64,000 bases of DNA, taken from contig OZ024758.1 of assembly GCA_964016885.1 (NCBI GenBank), positions 10,044,001 to 10,108,000 on the forward strand. The letters are read 5' to 3'. Source of the stretch: Eledone cirrhosa (taxonomy: Eukaryota). How positions within the stretch are numbered: the stretch's first letter is position 1; every line of letters begins with the position of its first letter. Below are positions 63,240 to 64,000 of this stretch, one piece after another. Under the pieces are notes generated by a model, which was not told the origin of the DNA, did no database searches, and saw only the letters and a program-made list of their open reading frames with translations. The position numbers and the translations under genes were made by a program.

Positions 63240-63747
63240 CTGCACAAAAATACTAGTCATCTGCTCAAGGAATAATTTTTTAAAAGGATCTCCACATGGT
63301 ATTAAAATAATGTTTAATGGAAGGGCAGATATTGTAAGACGGGCCTTAAAAAGTGGTAGAAAGAGCTCCAAGAAAGTCCCATTTAGACAACTCAAACTAA
63401 TTTGGACATATTTTTTAGGCTATTTTGAAGAAGAATGTTTGAAATGATGGAGGCGTGTTTATTCTCAGAAGGGCATCAAAGCTAAACAATGGGTCAGGAA
63501 AACCTTTCAGTTGTATCAGACATGGCAACCTCCTTGGTGTTGGGGACCTACATGATAAACACGTCCAGTACATTCTGTAAAGTGGTTTGTGATAGGAATG
63601 GTATCTTCAGTTGTGTCAAAAACATTACAACCTCCCTAATACTGGACCCACAATAAAATGCACTCGGTAGAGCATAGCAATGGTGCTGACCCCCAGCCCG
63701 TCTGAGCACACATTCAGAGTTTAACGAAAGAGTATTAAAGTTGATGT

Positions 63748-63935
63748 TATGGGGGTTGGCTGAAAAGTTTATAAGCTGACCAAGATTTCACAGCTCTAGC
63801 ATCACTCTTTCATACATAGTCCCTGGAAAGAAACAGTGCAGTTATTAATAAAATGATTTGAAATTAATACATACAAGACTTCACAGCTCTAGCATGCATC
63901 AATTGTTCATAGTCAGCCAATGAACTTTTCAGCTC
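63748..63935. mobile_element. mariner-like MITE
   Basis: Inverted repeats GCTGAAAAGTTTATAAGCTGAC / GTCAGCCAATGAACTTTTCAGC. Partial copies at 5441-5545, 31871-31903 and 40671-40780. Confidence 0.65.
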
Positions 63936-64000
63936 CTGAAAAGCTCCTGGCCCATTTGTGAAGCCAGTAGCTCCATTTGTGTATTGTCTCAGTCTGTGAC

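Overview
AT-rich, repeat-dense eukaryotic DNA. The SINE families and microsatellite load resemble an octopod cephalopod genome (inference from recalled repeat consensi, not a search). One protein-coding gene is well supported: a six-exon, + strand C6orf136 orthologue (34394-58422, about 418 aa, all intron phases consistent, GT-AG). A possible last exon of a convergent gene lies at 63053-63239 (-). The rest is transposable elements and tandem repeats: two abundant tRNA-derived SINE families, RTE, CR1, R4/Dong and CRE LINE remnants, a Naiad-type Penelope-like element, non-autonomous Helitrons, piggyBac/hAT/pogo/mariner MITEs, a probable solo LTR, several minisatellites and many microsatellites. 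Most long ORFs in the track are microsatellite artefacts. Most notable: (1) minimal type I hammerhead ribozyme motifs, one just upstream of the Penelope element and one in sense orientation in intron 2; (2) a SINE/RTE pair sharing a 3' tail; (3) a SINE-internal 48-bp VNTR; (4) a dispersed 28-bp-unit repeat with (ATT)n tails; (5) CpG decay in intronic versus intergenic copies of one MITE; (6) an exact ETS-CRE 16-mer in an intronic LTR-like element. No CRISPR array, rRNA or genuine tRNA gene was found.
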